This document shows positions 1 through 12,521 of a stretch of 64,000 nt of DNA, piece by piece (the stretch's first letter is position 1; each line of letters opens with the position of its first letter). Position numbers and translations under genes: made by a program. The stretch comes from Amphiscolops sp. MND2022. Taxonomy: Eukaryota. Below the pieces are notes generated by a model, which made no database searches, was not told where the DNA came from, and saw only the letters and a program-made list of their open reading frames with translations. Location: assembly GCA_964187785.1 (NCBI GenBank), contig OZ076409.1, forward strand, positions 10,046,001 through 10,110,000, given 5' to 3'.

Positions 1-764
1 ATCGAATCCTTTGTGAAAATAATCCCCAAAATGTCCTTTCTCTTGGCCCAGATATTGACCAATATTATGTTTTAACAACTCAACCTATTAAAAAAGAACC
101 TCCTGTACTTTTCGAACCTACTCAAGATCAAACCGCTATTAGCCCTAACACCTTTACTGCTCAAGATGCTGGTATTTACTCTCAAAAAGATCTCAAACAT
201 TTTTGGAACCGTGTATTAGTTAGCAAACACTCCGATAATTCTCTCCAGCTTCTTGGTAAAGCTATTAGTTATGAACTTATGAATCAAGAATCCCCTGGAT
301 CTCTTTCCGACAACCCCTACAGATCTCTTCGAATTGGTCTTCATGACCAAATGTTAAACTTGAACCCATTTTTCTCTCCTGATTGGTTCACCGATGCTTT
401 TATTAAACTTTTTGGTTATCCTTGTTATATTTTAACTCCATGTGGAATATATTTTTTCACTGCTCTCTTTTTACAATTTGTTTTCAACACACTTATTAGT
501 TTTAATCGTTCGTTTACTGTTAGAAACCTACTCAAGAAACAAATCTCTGTAATATCCGCACTCGGATTTGTTTTTTTTGGAATTATCACTCAGACTATGA
601 TGACTGCCAGGATTAAAGCGTCTGATTCACATTCAGATTCAGAAGATTCTGATTCTCCTCAATCTCCGCCGTCTAACTTTCATACCAAATCTTTGAACCC
701 TAAGCCCAAATCCCTTAATTATCAACCGAATAATAAAACAAAACTCCTTAGTTTAAAAAATTAA
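1..764 (+). pseudogene. Degenerate env-like glycoprotein C-terminus of an LTR retroelement (class III fusion protein-like)
   Basis: Translation PNTFTAQDAGIYSQKDLKHFWNRVL..KHSDNSLQLLGKAISY..NPFFSPDWFTDAFIKLFGYPCYILT is paralogous to ORF 12522..13160, and is followed by a hydrophobic TM-like stretch. It runs off the window start. Confidence 0.7.
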
Positions 765-3700
765 AATCCCATGCATAGATCTTCGCCTACTAAAACTGTT
801 TCTTCTTCCATTTCTCAATCCTACACTATTAGTAATACGCCTCCCGTCAATGAAACTTGTTCACCTCCATCTTCTAATTATAAGTCCCATATTATTCCTC
901 ATAATAATCTTTCTCCTCGTCACTCCCAATAACCTCCATTATCTTCCCCTCCATATTTCCGTAACTATAATTCTCCTCTACCTGATGACACTAATTGTGA
1001 CAATTCCTCTATGATTCCCCCATCCACAATATATGGCAATCAACAAAAATTTATCCTCCTACTCCACCACCAATTAAAACTAATGACATTCCGTTAACAT
1101 CTGTCAATAGTATCTTTGATCAATCTGAAAGCCCTGTCAAAACCTATTCTTGTCGTTTCCCTCCTGAATAATAAATAACAATCATAATTTCGTTCATTTT
1201 AACATTTCTTTACCTGAATATTAATTCTTCATATCTTTTGCATATTAATACTTTGATTCTGGTTCATATTTTTACTTCACTTCTCATCGTTCTTGCTTCT
1301 CGCTTGGTCACTCTTTCTTGATTTCTAAACACCCAAAACATCTCCATTCTTCTCGAACAATATTTACGCCTTTTCCAATTTTAAATAATCTTTTCTACAA
1401 AAAAACGCACTATCCTATAACCCTCACACTCATAATCTTCAATTTCTAACATTTTGTATCTTTTTGTCCTCTATAATTCAAATGGCCACCTCTAATCCCG
1501 ACCAACAACTTCTTTCTAGTATTGCTTTTTTATCACCTCTTTCCCTCAAATCTGGAACTCTCGATCTCCCAAATGTAAATGATTCACTCCCTCTCGATAT
1601 TAATCCTACACCTGAACCAACTTTAAATGTCATCGCTTCCACTACTCAATCAATTTCTTCTATTGTTTTACAAGTCAAGTCCTACTTGACATCTTTCAAA
1701 ATTACTATGCTCACTTTCACATTTTGACACTTTTGCTCTCTTCCTCTCAATCTTTCATTTCAACCTGTTCTCCTATCTAAATTTTACCAAAAATTTCACT
1801 TGTCCTCTTTTCAAAAACATGACAACAAAACTTAACTACCTTACATTTTTATTGAGATGCGATGATCTCTTTTCTTCTTGAAATTATCCTCGTATTTCCT
1901 TTTTCCACTTTTCATTTGGCACTTGAACCTTTCTTCAGTCCACTCGTATTTAAAAGATTGTTCAAAAACACATCTTAACGTTTCTCGCAACACAAACATT
2001 TAACAATATCGAATCATAAACACATCTATGTTTCTATAATACTTCATGTCTTTCGCTGCTTCTATCAAAGCAATAAAATTGAAGCCATGTAAAATTGCAA
2101 TAAAATTGAAGCCTGAAAATTATCAACGATACTTCTCGGATAATTGATTTTTTCATTCTTCTAGCTGCTTCTTTTAGAGCAAAAACCAACACGAATTTTA
2201 TATTGTTTAACTCTATTAGCCTTTCTATATAAACATTACGGATTCCGCGACATTGGAATACTCTTCCTAATTGCAGAACTTTCTTGTTTTGCTCTATCTC
2301 TCCACACTCCTTCATTCGTTTAAAGCGAAAAACAACACGAATTTTCTTCTTTCAACTCTCTGCGCCAGTCTATTAAAACATTGCGGATTCCACAACTGCA
2401 ATCCTCTTTCTTCTTCCAAATATTTCATTTGCCCTCTCTCCAAACTCCTTCAATAAATTAACTCACAACATCCTCCATCTACAAATTAAACTGACACACA
2501 CAATATTAAAATAAAATAACAGAAAATAAACAACAGTTTGTTCCAGTAATGACTTCTTCTTATCCTCCTTCCACAGTGGCATATCCTCTCCTCAATCAAC
2601 TTCTGGATTCTCTCATGCCTCTTCCAGTCTCTTCCACAGCATCCACATTCACTCTGACATCGATGCCCGTCTCTTCTTGTGATGCTGCAACCACCACTAC
2701 ATTGCTGCCCGTCTCTTCTGCAACCGCCACTACATCCACTTCCACGTTGCCGCCCATCTCTTCTTTGATGACTGCAACTGTACAAACTTCTTCTTCACCC
2801 ATCCACTCATCTTCTAATTATCCTCCGTCTTCATCTAACACTACAGCTCTTTCTGCAGCTCACCCACGATTAGCAACTCAGAAAGCCCCGTCATCTCAAA
2901 CGTCCACAACAGCCCCCAGGTGAAGCTGGTACACCCGTCCGCAGAATTGTCCACACTGCTGTGTAAAAACAGAAACTCGCCCAATATATTCAAACTTTAA
3001 AACTGTACGAAGACCACATTGATGAATTACTAAAACAAACAACTGCTGAACTTGACAAAATTATTAATACTAAATGGCAACCCCTCCTTCGAAATTACGT
3101 AAAGTTTTACATCCTAAGTATAAAATTCGCAATCATCCCCTTTGCGTATTCAAACCCCATCCCATAATTGCCATAATTGCTCTAATTATTTCCAGTGCTA
3201 TACGCCCGCTTGTTCTCACGTGCCGTTCAAATATTCTATACAATCTCCTTTTTCCGTCCGCCCCTTCTTCTCCCGCATTAATCCCCATTAGAATTGAACC
3301 AATAACACCCCCAAATATAACTCAACCCCCTACTCTTTTAAATGATCTTGAAATTTTAATTTCCTCGTTGAACGATATTGATTGAAATGATTAATATAAT
3401 AGACATACATTTTCTAAAATTTTCTGTAAAATTTTTTCAATATGCTCTCTCCTTCTAATTTAAAATCTCCCCCCACCCATATATCTCTTTTACTCTCCTC
3501 ACCCCCTATTTTCATGCCGTTTTATTTTTTCTTGAATTTAATAAAAAAAACTACACCCCCCTGAAAATTTTTTTTTCAAATATCGTCCTATAACATCGGT
3601 TCTAACCATTCAATTTTTGAAATGTTCATATTAGCATGTTATTTTAGATTCGCTCTCTTTAATTGTATGGAGCTATTTTTTATAACGCATTTTATTACCC

Positions 3701-5040
3701 CCAATAAACATATTTTTCACCAAAACTACTTTTTCTTTAACAACATTCCTCTTCAATTTCATCTATACTCCTCAAAAACTTCGGTTCTAAAGACCGTACA
3801 TTTTTTAACTTTACTCTTACGACATCACATATTAAAACTTACTCACCTCGACATATGACATTTCTTAACTGCTGTTTTTGAATTCGTTTTCGTAATGAAC
3901 AAATAATATTTTTTTTGGTCGAAATACCCGCCACGTGATATGATTTTGAACAAATGTTGAATAATATCGTTTTGTTTTGGATTACAATTTTCACTTTGAT
4001 CACGCCGCCTTTTTGCTTTGAAGCTTCTTCCAATTCTCATTTTAGTTGTAAATAAAGACCCATAAGATCAACGCTTAGTTGCCATGAAAACTAAGAACAT
4101 TCGTCTTTCAGATTGAACTTCATCTTGTCAATCAGGCTGCCTATTCTTGTCATACTTCTTGCTTTCTTCACTTGTCACTCACTTCACACAAAAATTTTTC
4201 ACTGACTCGGAAGAAAAATATAGACTTTAGAATAATTGAAACAATCACTAACAAACATGAACATGCAAAATATGAAAATTGAACATATTAAATCTTAGCA
4301 CAGTTCTACAAAATTTTCCCCCTTTCTCAACATGTAAAAAACCTTCTTAAATCAACCCTTAGATTATTATACTTCGGAAAATTTCTAGTTTAATATTACC
4401 CACGTTAAGAATTCTATATCGCCCGAACCTCACGATAGGAAAGAATTAACACAACTACACAAAAAGGCAACTGAACTTTAAAAAATTTTCTTTGGGAATT
4501 CTAAATAATTTTGACATTAAAACAACTTCCATTTTATTAACTAATATTAATCAGTGAAATTATCCTCCAACATCATAAACTGAACTCCAAGTCCCAACTT
4601 TTAACACGAAACCTCATATTTAAAACTTCGCACCAATAAAATTCCAAAATACCACCCCGTTGATTAATAAACAATTTCTTTCTCAAAACCCGGTCGGATG
4701 GTATACCCACCAATTCATAAAAATCCCCCGTGAAATTTGAACCCCCCATGAATGTTTGTCTAGACTTTAATTTACTGAATAATGCATCCGTAAATGAATG
4801 TATCTAATTTATATTCCAGACGTATCTTGAATTTGATGTGCCTACTTAATATTCAATGCTATAACTTTTACTGTAAAATTATTCTGATTTATACTACCAA
4901 CACAACGCTGAATTGACTCTCCATTGCCAGTTGTCTTCCCATGCTAATACCTAATATCTGCAACTCTATTAGTGTCTCCTAAAGTACTAAGTCCCCATAA
5001 TTCAAGAAAGATTCTCAACAAAATAAATACACAACAAGAT
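765..5040 (+). mobile_element. Decayed 3' region of the env-bearing retroelement (G-poor strand, short broken ORFs)
   Basis: Strong C/T/A-rich, G-poor + strand continuous with the env fragment; the strand bias flips near 5040. Boundaries are approximate. Confidence 0.4.
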
Positions 5041-6448
5041 TAGTTATTTAGAAGAAAAAAGATTGTTAAATGCATTAAGAGTAGATTGAATAGCTTGTGA
5101 AGACTGATTAATTATTGGAGAGTCTAGATTCAAAGATGGAAGGAGTTTGGAAGTACGTTCATAGTGATCGACGAGTCTAGTAGGAGTGGTGAAAGGTGTT
5201 TCATTGTGTCTTTTGTTCGGTTAGAGTTTTTCAGTCATGTCTTTGAGTGACCGAAGACTAAGCATAACAGTCATTTTGTCAGTAGAAGTTTGTGAATTTC
5301 GAGAAGGAGATCTTTGTCGTTCAATATGGGTGGATTTGTGTTCTGTAATTTGTTCACAGATTTGACCATAAAGGATGATTGAGGTGAACTTTTAATGGGT
5401 AGTAATGGTCGTCGAGTATGAGACTGTTTTAGGTCATTTTTCATGTCGGCAGTAATAACATAGAAAAACCATGTGCTATAGAACTAAGAAAGTAATATTT
5501 TGTTTAGGATTATATTTTATCGAAAATGTTTTATAGAGTTTAAAAAGGAGTGACCGAAGACTAAGCATAACAGTCATTTTGTCAGTAGAAGTTTGTGAAT
5601 TTCGCGAAGGAGATATATGTTGTTCAATACTGATAGATTTGCGTTCTGTATGTTTTTCACAGATTTGACCATAAAGGATATGCCTTTTGCAGAGATGAAT
5701 AGTAGTTCATTATATGAGTATGATTAATTGGACAGAGCGGTATATTACGATGTATCTTTGTCATCAAGAGGTGATGAGACAAGATGTTTAAACACAGTGA
5801 GCGGTTTGACTAGTGCTGTAGGTATGCTGCAAGGCAACAAAAAATCATCGAAGTGTATCAAATATTCTTTAGGTATTATCAATGGTCTAGATGTATCATT
5901 GTGTGGAAGGATGCAAAAGTATTGTTTTATAGGATCGTAGTTCCTGAGATAACCCGTGATTTTAGAGTGATCAATCGTATAGAATTTGATCATAGTCAAA
6001 GGGGAAGTATATTTATAGTTGGCGAAAATGTAATATTGCGGTTTTTTGTGTTGAAGAAATTTAGTGTATGTTTGATGATGAGTGAATTTTTGTGCAATTG
6101 AGAAGAAGATAGCATCGTGTTCGTCCGTTTTCAAGTCGAAAAGTGACGGGCGAAGAAGGTTAAATTGCAGAGAAAAGATTTTGACACCATTTTAAGCCAA
6201 TATTGGTATGTGGTGACATTTTTTATAGAAGCAATGGAACTGAAAAAATTTTGATTCTTGTCATATAGTTTGAAGGTATAGTCAGCCGGATACATGTACA
6301 ACGAAGTAAGTTGAGACTTGAATATGAAGCAATTATGACAGAGAAGTGGTATCAAGTGATCATCTCGACTCGTCGAGATTGAAGGTTTGGAAGGTAATAT
6401 TGGTGGATATGTCGGTGAAGAAAGAAATGCAGGGTCTTTCATTATTTC
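5041..6448 (-). mobile_element. Decayed minus-strand retroelement fragment, interrupted by the BEL/Pao insertion
   Basis: Opposite strand bias; ~5400-5540 matches ~12240-12380; internal duplication ~5245-5377/~5548-5680; continues at 11314 across the ATTTC TSD. Confidence 0.5.
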
Positions 6449-7402
6449 TGTAACGGCTGCTTGCCCTTATCCTGCGCTGAGGCTTGACAAGCTTTACGCC
6501 GCCCTGATCCGTTGCTTAGTGCTGTGGACCGTCACTAAACAATTCCTGGTTTCTTGTTTTAAAGGACTGTATCTTTTGACTGGTGGGTCCGATGTGACCC
6601 GTGGAATCTCCTGCGATCCCTCTTTGCACTGAATTGGATCCGATGTGATCCTGCACACACACTTCCCTCACAGTATCTTCACGCGCTCCGGCTCTCCAAC
6701 TATGAGAGTAGCTACTTAGTTGCTCTGACTCTAGCGAAAAGTTGTGAAGATTGAGAAGTTGATTAATTAGTCTCGCGGTCCTAAGACCCAACTTGACTAT
6801 TGCTATACAGTGGAGAAAATCTCTATCTAATAATGGTATACATATCGTTTACAATTCTACAGTAAATATAAGCAAATATCAGTTGAAATATGTTGTATAA
6901 ATAAATGACATTTAAAGCATAAAATGAAGTTATTGACTAAGTAAACAAAGAATGTGGTGGTTTTGGCATGTTGGTTAGGTGGGTTAGAAAGTATGTTTAC
7001 ACAATGTAAATATCATTAATTTCAACAGAGATGAATTTTCTTCAAGGTCATATGAGAAAATCACATAATAATTAATATATCAAAATTGGGATTTCATGGG
7101 GTCCGACCTAGGTCACTTTGGGTGTTAATTGCTCGGAACCCAGGGGAGATACGGGGTAGGTTGTTAAGAGTGAAAAGTTAGTGTATCACCACCACTATAT
7201 GTGTGCCAAGTTTCAAGGTGATTGAATCAGTGGTTTTCCGGGACGGGGGGGGGGTGGTGTTTTTTTACATAGGGTCAGTTTTGCTTAGACTTGTATTTTT
7301 CCATCTAAAATCTTGATAAATTTTCTAAGTGTTTTGAGTTGTAAGTTTCATCAGCCACGTTCGAATTTGAGTTTCTGATCTCGCAATTGACTGGCGCCAA
7401 CA
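6449..7402 (-). repeat. 3' LTR (954 bp)
   Basis: Direct repeat of 10363-11313 with only a few visible differences. Confidence 0.95.
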
Positions 7403-10026
7403 TTGCCGGCCCTGTTTTTCTCCCGAAAAACACTTTCGTAGAACATGGGTGCCACTTTCACTACTGGTCTTTTGAGTTTTCCATCTTCAGTTTTCACCAG
7501 CGCTGATCTCACTCGCCCATCGCTTCCATGATAGACGTCCAACACTCTGCCCATCTCGTAGTGTGCTCTTTTTACATTGTCATCTACTATCCAAACCAAA
7601 TCATTGACTTCAAGTTGTCTAAATTCTTCTTTGATGCATTTTCCAAAACAGTCACGTTGCATCATCATTTCTTCCCGTGATACAGCCGGCCCTATGAAAG
7701 GCCCATTTTCCGAACTTGTTGTAGTTTGTGCTTTTGAAGAACCCAATTGCGTTTCCACTAGCGATATTTCGTCTGCAAATTTATCTATCACAATCTTTGC
7801 ATATAGGATGCCAGTTGTCAATTGAACACATTCGACCATTCCATGTAATAGGTTTGAGGTGTGTTCAAACTTCCAAGCTTGTTTCTTCGGTCGCTTGCGG
7901 TGGCCTTTGCTCAACTGAGTTTTATCCATGCCGTTAGCCTGTGCCACCGCGTCCATCCCAGAGTTTCCATTACCAATCCGAGGGTTCCACTCATTGTTAT
8001 TACTCGGGATAGTTTCTTCTACAAGGCTTACTTTGAAGTCAAAATCAAATTTCTTTCCAAAGGTTGCAATCATGGTACGTGTTTCACCTTTGGCATTGCA
8101 TTCAACGGGTTCGTCATGTTTTGCTGCAACATGGCATAGCTTTCGATACATTGCTTCTTCATTACAATCATCAAGCAGTGCAAATTGTTGCTCATGCACA
8201 AATCCATAACTTTCGTCGAATTCAAAACATTTGTTTCCTTCTTCAAGAAGTAGAGTACTGTCATGAAACATCGTCACTTCGAATATTTTCCCTTGTTGTA
8301 TGTCCTGTTGTACGGCTGTATTTTCTGCACTCTCTTGCAGCAGCTCCAATTTCACATTCAATTCTTCCGAAGATTGTTTGCTTGATGCGAATGATAAGAA
8401 TCTATGCTCCTTCCTTGTTTCTGCCATTGTGTGATTCAAGTTCTCCTTTGTTTGACTTATCGAATGCTCACTCATGCCCAAGTGAATATCTTCTTCCAAA
8501 ACCTGTTTGGTATCCACGAGGAGGGTTTCGGAACGGACGTCTTGCCGACCGTTGTCTACAATGAATGTTCCTGACAATTTCTGTATACATTCCGTTGTGA
8601 TGAGCTGCGGGGTTCCTTGTTTTGCAAGTTTCACGTCTGGTTGTGATATTGCTTCTTTTCTGCACGTTCTGTCGTCAGCTTGCTCATCGGCTTCTGTTGG
8701 AGGTTTTGAGTCTCTCCTAAGCGCGGAGAACTTTCCTTCGTGAACTAATTTCACTGCATTCTCTGATTTCAAATGAACTGATAGTGCAATATTGGACTTA
8801 GCCCCGTCTTCGACTGTTTCTGTCTCAGCCATGCATCTTGAGTCTTCCGTGAAACTGTCGACTGATGAGACACTTGGGAAGCTAGTCCCCTGACTGCTCG
8901 ACACTTCCGCTATTTCTCTTTCCTTTTCAGCTATTCTGGCTTTGCGGGCAAGCTGTTCATGCAAGTCAGCTTTTTCCATTTGTATTGCTTCACGCTTCAG
9001 TTTCTCGAGTCGGGTTTGCAGTTCTTCTTGCTCTTTCTGAGCTTTTACTTTCAAATGAAGAACTCGTCTAGCAATTGAACTTTTCGAAATCACTGAGCTT
9101 CTGTTGCTTCTGGTTTCGACCAGTTTTGGATGTTTGCCCAGTTCCTCTATTTCCAATTGTCCAGTCTCGCTTCTTTGGCCTTGGACTTCATCCGATTTCT
9201 GATCTTCCGCTTTCTCTAATGCTAAAGGAAAGAATCGATCTCCATTTGACCACTTCGTGCTAACTGTTTGTCTGTTGTCCATCAGGATTGTTACGTCAGA
9301 CACCTTACTGTTTTCTTCGAGTAGTGATGTCACATCGTTGATTGAGTTTTCCACTTCAGATATGCTGTCTCTCATACCACAGCAACTTTCTTGTTCCTTG
9401 GTCTTTCTTGACCGTGTCAGTGATTCCTTTTCACTAGCTGTTTCTTTTACACAATTAGGTTTTGCCTGATGGACACGTCTTTGCCTCAACTTTCTTGTGC
9501 GAGGGCATCTCATAGCTGCGTCTGCAGATGTTCCATTTGTCATCCGACTCAGTTTCAACTCTTTTGTCCCATCAATTGGACACTTCAACATTTGCTGCAC
9601 ATCGGGGAACCAATATCCCCAACTCGATTCCAGTTTCGCAAAGAATTCGTCCCATTCAGTCACACTTCGACTGAGCTGTCTTTTCGTTTCTTCATTTTTA
9701 AGACTCAACATAAAGTCTACACAGAACAGCAACGCCTGTCTTCTCTCGCGGTATTCAATTACCCGATCAATCAATTTGCTTTTGGATACAACAGCTCCTT
9801 CCTCATCGAGCTTGTCATCCAAGTCTTTTACCAATGTATGGAGCTTTTTCACATGTAGGGGTACAATATCCCAATAGAGGCACCACGCGTACCAATCTGA
9901 CGCATTTTCCAAATCTTTCGGTCTGAGCTCCATCAGTTGTTGGCTCTGCTTTGTGTTTCTTTCCTCAAACACAATTGCCATTCGAGGGTGCTGCATCAGT
10001 TGCTTTTCTTTCTTTTTGGCTTTCAT
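7351..10026 (-). CDS. 891-aa Gag-like/coiled-coil protein fused to the BEL/Pao integrase C-terminal (DUF5641-like) domain; no recognisable PR/RT/RNaseH/IN core
   Basis: Uninterrupted ORF. The C-terminal LEVNDLVWIVDDNVKRAHYEMGRVLDVYHGSDGRVRSALVKTEDGKLKRPVVKVAP is the typical BEL/Pao tail. The ORF ends inside the 3' LTR. Confidence 0.8.
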   Translation of the reverse strand: MKAKKKEKQLMQHPRMAIVFEERNTKQSQQLMELRPKDLENASDWYAWCLYWDIVPLHVKKLHTLVKDLDDKLDEEGAVVSKSKLIDRVIEYRERRQALLFCVDFMLSLKNEETKRQLSRSVTEWDEFFAKLESSWGYWFPDVQQMLKCPIDGTKELKLSRMTNGTSADAAMRCPRTRKLRQRRVHQAKPNCVKETASEKESLTRSRKTKEQESCCGMRDSISEVENSINDVTSLLEENSKVSDVTILMDNRQTVSTKWSNGDRFFPLALEKAEDQKSDEVQGQRSETGQLEIEELGKHPKLVETRSNRSSVISKSSIARRVLHLKVKAQKEQEELQTRLEKLKREAIQMEKADLHEQLARKARIAEKEREIAEVSSSQGTSFPSVSSVDSFTEDSRCMAETETVEDGAKSNIALSVHLKSENAVKLVHEGKFSALRRDSKPPTEADEQADDRTCRKEAISQPDVKLAKQGTPQLITTECIQKLSGTFIVDNGRQDVRSETLLVDTKQVLEEDIHLGMSEHSISQTKENLNHTMAETRKEHRFLSFASSKQSSEELNVKLELLQESAENTAVQQDIQQGKIFEVTMFHDSTLLLEEGNKCFEFDESYGFVHEQQFALLDDCNEEAMYRKLCHVAAKHDEPVECNAKGETRTMIATFGKKFDFDFKVSLVEETIPSNNNEWNPRIGNGNSGMDAVAQANGMDKTQLSKGHRKRPKKQAWKFEHTSNLLHGMVECVQLTTGILYAKIVIDKFADEISLVETQLGSSKAQTTTSSENGPFIGPAVSREEMMMQRDCFGKCIKEEFRQLEVNDLVWIVDDNVKRAHYEMGRVLDVYHGSDGRVRSALVKTEDGKLKRPVVKVAPMFYESVFREKNRAGNVGASQLRDQKLKFERG

Positions 10027-10162
10027 TTGTTCATATGACTCTTTTGTTCCACTGAGGGCTTTCGAACTTCACAATTGTTTCTTGTAGGCTTTGTCACTTT
10101 TCCCAACTCTGCAATTTCTCAGATACAAAGTGTCAACTGCTCAATCCGGTAATCAATCGCCA

Positions 10163-10323
10163 ATTCTTGAAGAATCAACCCAATACTGTCGATTATACTT
10201 GCCTTCTTTGACGAACTTGATTGTTTCGGTGGATCTTGTCTCCCTGACTTGATCCACCGAAACAATCAAGTTCGTCAAAGAAGGCAAGTATAATCGACAG
10301 TATTGGGTTGATTCTTCAAGAAT
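10163..10323. repeat. Perfect 73-bp inverted repeat with 15-nt loop in the element leader
   Basis: 10163-10235 is the exact reverse complement of 10251-10323. Confidence 0.95.
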
Positions 10324-10360
10324 CCTTAGGTCCCTGGTTCGTGTCCGGGTCGGCGGACCA
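10322..10360 (-). promoter_or_regulatory. Extended primer-binding site complementary to the 3' half of a tRNA-Tyr-like tRNA
   Basis: The + strand reads ATCCTTAGGTCCCTGGTTCGTGTCCGGGTCGGCGGACCA, mapping to tRNA positions 38-76 with a foldable T-arm and CCA. Confidence 0.85.
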
Positions 10361-10362
10361 AA

Positions 10363-11313
10363 TGTAACGGCTGCTTGCCCTTATCCTGCGCTGAGGCTTG
10401 ACAAGCTTTACGCCGCCCTGATCCGTTGCTTAGTGCTGTGGACCATCACTAAACAATTCCTGGTTTCTTGTTTTAAAGGACTGTATCTTTTGACTGGTGG
10501 GTCCGATGTGACCCGTGGAATCTCCTGCGATCCCTCTTTGCACTGAATTGGATCCGATGTGATCCTGCACACACACTTCCCTCACAGTATCTTCACGCGC
10601 TCCGGCTCTCCAACTATGAGAGTAGCTACTTAGTCGCTCTGACTCTAGCGAAAAGTTGTGAAGATTGAGAAGTTGATTAATTAGTCTCGCGGTCCTAAGA
10701 CCCAACTTGACTATTGCTATACAGTGGAGAAAATCTCTATCTAATAATGGTATACATATCGTTTACAATTCTACAGTAAATATAAGCAAATATCAGTTGA
10801 AATATGTTGTATAAATAAATGACATTTAAAGCATAAAATGAAGTTATTGACTAAGTAAACAAAGAATGTGGTGGTTTTGGCATGTTGGTTAGGTGGGTTA
10901 GAAAGTATGTTTACACAATGTAAATATCATTAATTTCAACAGAGATGAATTTCCTTCAAGGTCATATGAGAAAATCACATAATAATTAATATATCAAAAT
11001 TGGGATTTCATGGGGTCCGACCTAGGTCACTTTGGGTGTTAATTGCTCGGAACCCAGGGGAGATACGGGGTAGGTTGTTAAGAGTGAAAAGTTAGTGTAT
11101 CACCACCACTATATGTGTGCCAAGTTTCAAGGTGATTGAATCAGTGGTTTTCCGGGACGGGGGGGTGGTGTTTTTTTACATAGGGTCAGTTTTGCTTAGA
11201 CTTGTATTTTTCCATCTAAAATCTTGATAAATTTTCTAAGTGTTTTGAGTTGTAAGTTTCATCAGCCACGTTCGAATTTGAGTTTCTGATCTCGCAATTG
11301 ACTGGCGCCAACA
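10363..11313 (-). repeat. 5' LTR (951 bp)
   Basis: Direct repeat of 6449-7402; adjacent to the PBS. Confidence 0.95.
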
Positions 11314-12521
11314 ATTTCATTTCGTTTTTTTTGAAGGTGGAGGTGTTCCATAAGATTGTTTAGATTGTTCATAATTGTGTATTTTTGGAGATATTTGTTG
11401 TTTTTCTGAAGGAATTTGAGGAGCATTTCGCTCGGTATTTGAATTATTATGTTCTGAAGAGGTTTGATCAGAAAGGGCATTGGAAAAATCTTGTTCCATG
11501 GCTTCGGAAAATAGAACCGGAGAATCGTTAAATAGAGGTTGAGTTAAGAGATCAGTATTTTTAGTTTGTTGTTCAAGTTGAATATAAAGGTTTTGCATAA
11601 CAAGTTGCGCTTGTGTCATTGTAAGGTTTTTGTTGAAGAAATATTGAACTAACGAGTAGATTTATTGTGTGTTTTAGGAGGAGGAGCAAGTACTCTAACT
11701 TTGACTGAAGGAGTGTTCGGGTGATTCACTGTGATTTCTATAACGGGTATTAATAGGAGCGGCGGAAAAAGCTCAGATTTTAAAAAAGATGAATGATCAT
11801 TCGGTTGAAAAAAGATAGATAATTATTCGAATAGAGAATTTTTCGTCTAGGTGGGGAGAGTGTTTGTAGTCAAGAGAATTTTCAGGCAAGAAGATTTAAG
11901 CTTTATCTCAATGAGTAGAGAGTCAGAATGACACGTTTTATAAAAATGGCAGATTAAAAAAAATTGTTTTAGAATAGATTTTGTCAAGACTTTCGTTTTC
12001 TTCAATGACAGATTGTGAATTTAAAGGATAATCATTGGGATTTGAATTGACATTAGAATAAGAAAGTAAAATAGAATCTTGTAATGGAGAAGTATTGACG
12101 GTTGTGATAACAATGTTAGTAGATTGATTTAAACAGCTTTTTCGTTTGGGAAATAATTTGAATTTTGTCATATTGGAAAATCTTTTCGGACTTTGGGTTT
12201 TCAATTATAGATGACAGTTTATATGAACTTTTATGGGGTGATAATGGTCGTCGAGTATGAGAATCTTTCAGGTCATTTATCATGTCGACAGTAATAATAT
12301 AGAAAAAACCATGTGCTATAGAACTAATGAAAGTAATATTTTGTTTAAAATTTTTTTTATCGAAAATGTTTTATAGAGTTTCATACGAGTGTCAAAAATT
12401 TGTATGAAAAGGAATGTAGAAAAATATATTCCACATTGTGTCACACATTCCTTTATCTAACTTCGCGTTTTACACCTACATGGTTTTCAGACGTTTTTAT
12501 AACATTGTTTGGCTATCATTG

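Larger units (their letters stand above)
6449..11313 (-). mobile_element. Young non-autonomous BEL/Pao LTR retrotransposon
   Basis: Near-identical TG...CA LTRs at 6449-7402 and 10363-11313; 5-bp TSD ATTTC (6444-6448 and 11314-11318); PBS TGGTCCGCCGACCCGGA 2 nt inside the 5' LTR; purine-rich tract at ~7403-7440; single ORF ending in a DUF5641-like motif. Confidence 0.95.

Noticed and set aside
2549..2923. Ser/Thr-rich mucin-like ORF as a host gene
   Set aside because: Low-complexity ORF within strand-biased decayed retroelement DNA; no signal peptide or domain.
10322..10360. tRNA gene
   Set aside because: Only the 3' half is present, with encoded CCA next to an LTR, so it is a PBS.
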